26,565 bases of DNA, taken from positions 1 through 26,565 of IMG/VR virus record IMGVR_UViG_3300049009_000656; one strand, 5' to 3'. This document shows positions 25,713-26,565 of this stretch, in pieces (within the stretch, counting starts at the first letter, position 1; each line of letters opens with the position of its first letter). The translations under genes and the position numbers were made by a program. The notes beneath the pieces were generated by a model, which was not told the DNA's origin, searched no databases, and worked only from the letters and a program-made list of their open reading frames with translations. Source of the DNA: a virus. Lineage: Duplodnaviria > Caudoviricetes.

Positions 25713-26210
25713 TTAGACAGTTGCTGAGAACGGTGTGGCTTCTGTGCCAGTCGCAGCGGTAAACACACGGACGGCAAAGGTGCCGGTAATCGCATCGATG
25801 ATTTCGATGTGATCGCCAGCAAGGCCGCCCAGTGTTGTGCCGTTAAGGGTAATGGTGTCGCTGGCCGCAGCCGTGGCAAAACCCAAGACTGCTGCCGTGT
25901 TATCACTGACCACAAACGCCCGGCCCGTCATCACGTCAGTGGCGTTAGCCACTTTAATGGTTGTCGAGTTAGACGTTATTGTTGAGCCAATGACAAAGCG
26001 GTAGACCGAACCTGTGCCGGTAGCAGCAGGCAGCGTTACCGCACACCCCGCCACAGCACTGATCACCGTTGTACGCCCAGCATGCACTTCCTTCGTGCAA
26101 GTAAGCGTTGCGCCGGTAATGCTGACTGGCGGTGTGGACAGCACTGAGCCGTTCATATCGCCAAGCAGCACCCCTTCGTTAACAAGGCTATAAAAAGATT
26201 TATTGCTCAT
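25713..26210 (-). CDS. Small virion protein, possible head decoration/fibre
   Basis: VTLPAATGTG..YRF motif, T/A/G-rich, directly after the capsid gene, AAGGAG SD. Confidence 0.6.
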   Translation of the reverse strand: MSNKSFYSLVNEGVLLGDMNGSVLSTPPVSITGATLTCTKEVHAGRTTVISAVAGCAVTLPAATGTGSVYRFVIGSTITSNSTTIKVANATDVMTGRAFVVSDNTAAVLGFATAAASDTITLNGTTLGGLAGDHIEIIDAITGTFAVRVFTAATGTEATPFSATV

Positions 26211-26220
26211 GTTGTTCTCC

Positions 26221-26565
26221 TTAGAGAGCGGTCACACCGGCTTCGATACGGGCCATGAAGGCGTCGTTCAGACGCACAGTCGCGAACCATGTAGAAGCGC
26301 CCACGTAGCCGAATTGGCCCAATGGGTTGGCGTGGTTGGTCTGTGAGGCTTTGAGGACCACAGGCTTGATGGCAGACATGCCCTTAAGAGCGACTTGGCC
26401 CCAGCAGTCTTCACCAATGATGATGAAGGGATACACGTCAACGTTAGCAGCGCCAACAGACAACATGCCGTTCAAGGTTGCAGAACCAGCAGCAGCAAAG
26501 GATTTCAACAGGGGTGAGCTGATGAAACGGAAGTCTTCGCAAGCGCCGATTTCGCGGTCATGGAT
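26221..26565 (-). CDS. Major capsid protein, N4-gp56 family (3' part)
   Basis: Open from the window end: EIGACEDFRFISSP..DVYPFIIIGED..NPLGQFGYVG..W..LND.FMARIE. Confidence 0.88.
   Translation of the reverse strand: MHDREIGACEDFRFISSPLLKSFAAAGSATLNGMLSVGAANVDVYPFIIIGEDCWGQVALKGMSAIKPVVLKASQTNHANPLGQFGYVGASTWFATVRLNDAFMARIEAGVTAL

Noticed and set aside
1-26565. Stop-codon recoding, introns/inteins, tRNAs, integrase
   Set aside because: Genes tile the minus strand under the standard code with short gaps, and no such signatures were seen by eye

Overview
This is the late (virion morphogenesis, lysis and ejection) region of a tailed dsDNA phage, probably podovirus-like. All main genes are on the minus strand. 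In transcription order (right to left) they are: 3' end of an N4-gp56-like major capsid gene, two small head-associated proteins, a conserved virion protein, head-tail adaptor, tail nozzle-like protein, tail fibre, repeat-domain tail protein, fibre assembly chaperone, a lysis cassette (holin-like genes and GH24 endolysin), and a block of probable ejected/internal virion proteins. The block ends in two giant multi-domain 'polyvalent' proteins with a ferritin-like gene between them. The first is 1927 aa. The second is >1241 aa at <1..3725 and is missing from the ORF track because it has no stop in the window. By motif, the two proteins carry a string of candidate anti-host domains: HExxH metallopeptidase, ADP-ribosyltransferase-like, SAM-lyase-like, HhH-glycosylase-like, RelA/SpoT-like nucleotidyltransferase, ASCH and an uncharacterised domain. 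The most striking signal is a hidden second coding layer in their inter-domain linkers. An antisense 75-aa ORF with its own TATAAT and GGAGGT sits directly behind the RelA/SpoT-like domain and is a candidate immunity protein. Three +1-frame ORFs, two with strong Shine-Dalgarno sites, each follow another domain. A 20/22-bp in-frame direct repeat brackets the three-domain cassette. All domain calls come from manual motif recognition; no database search was run.
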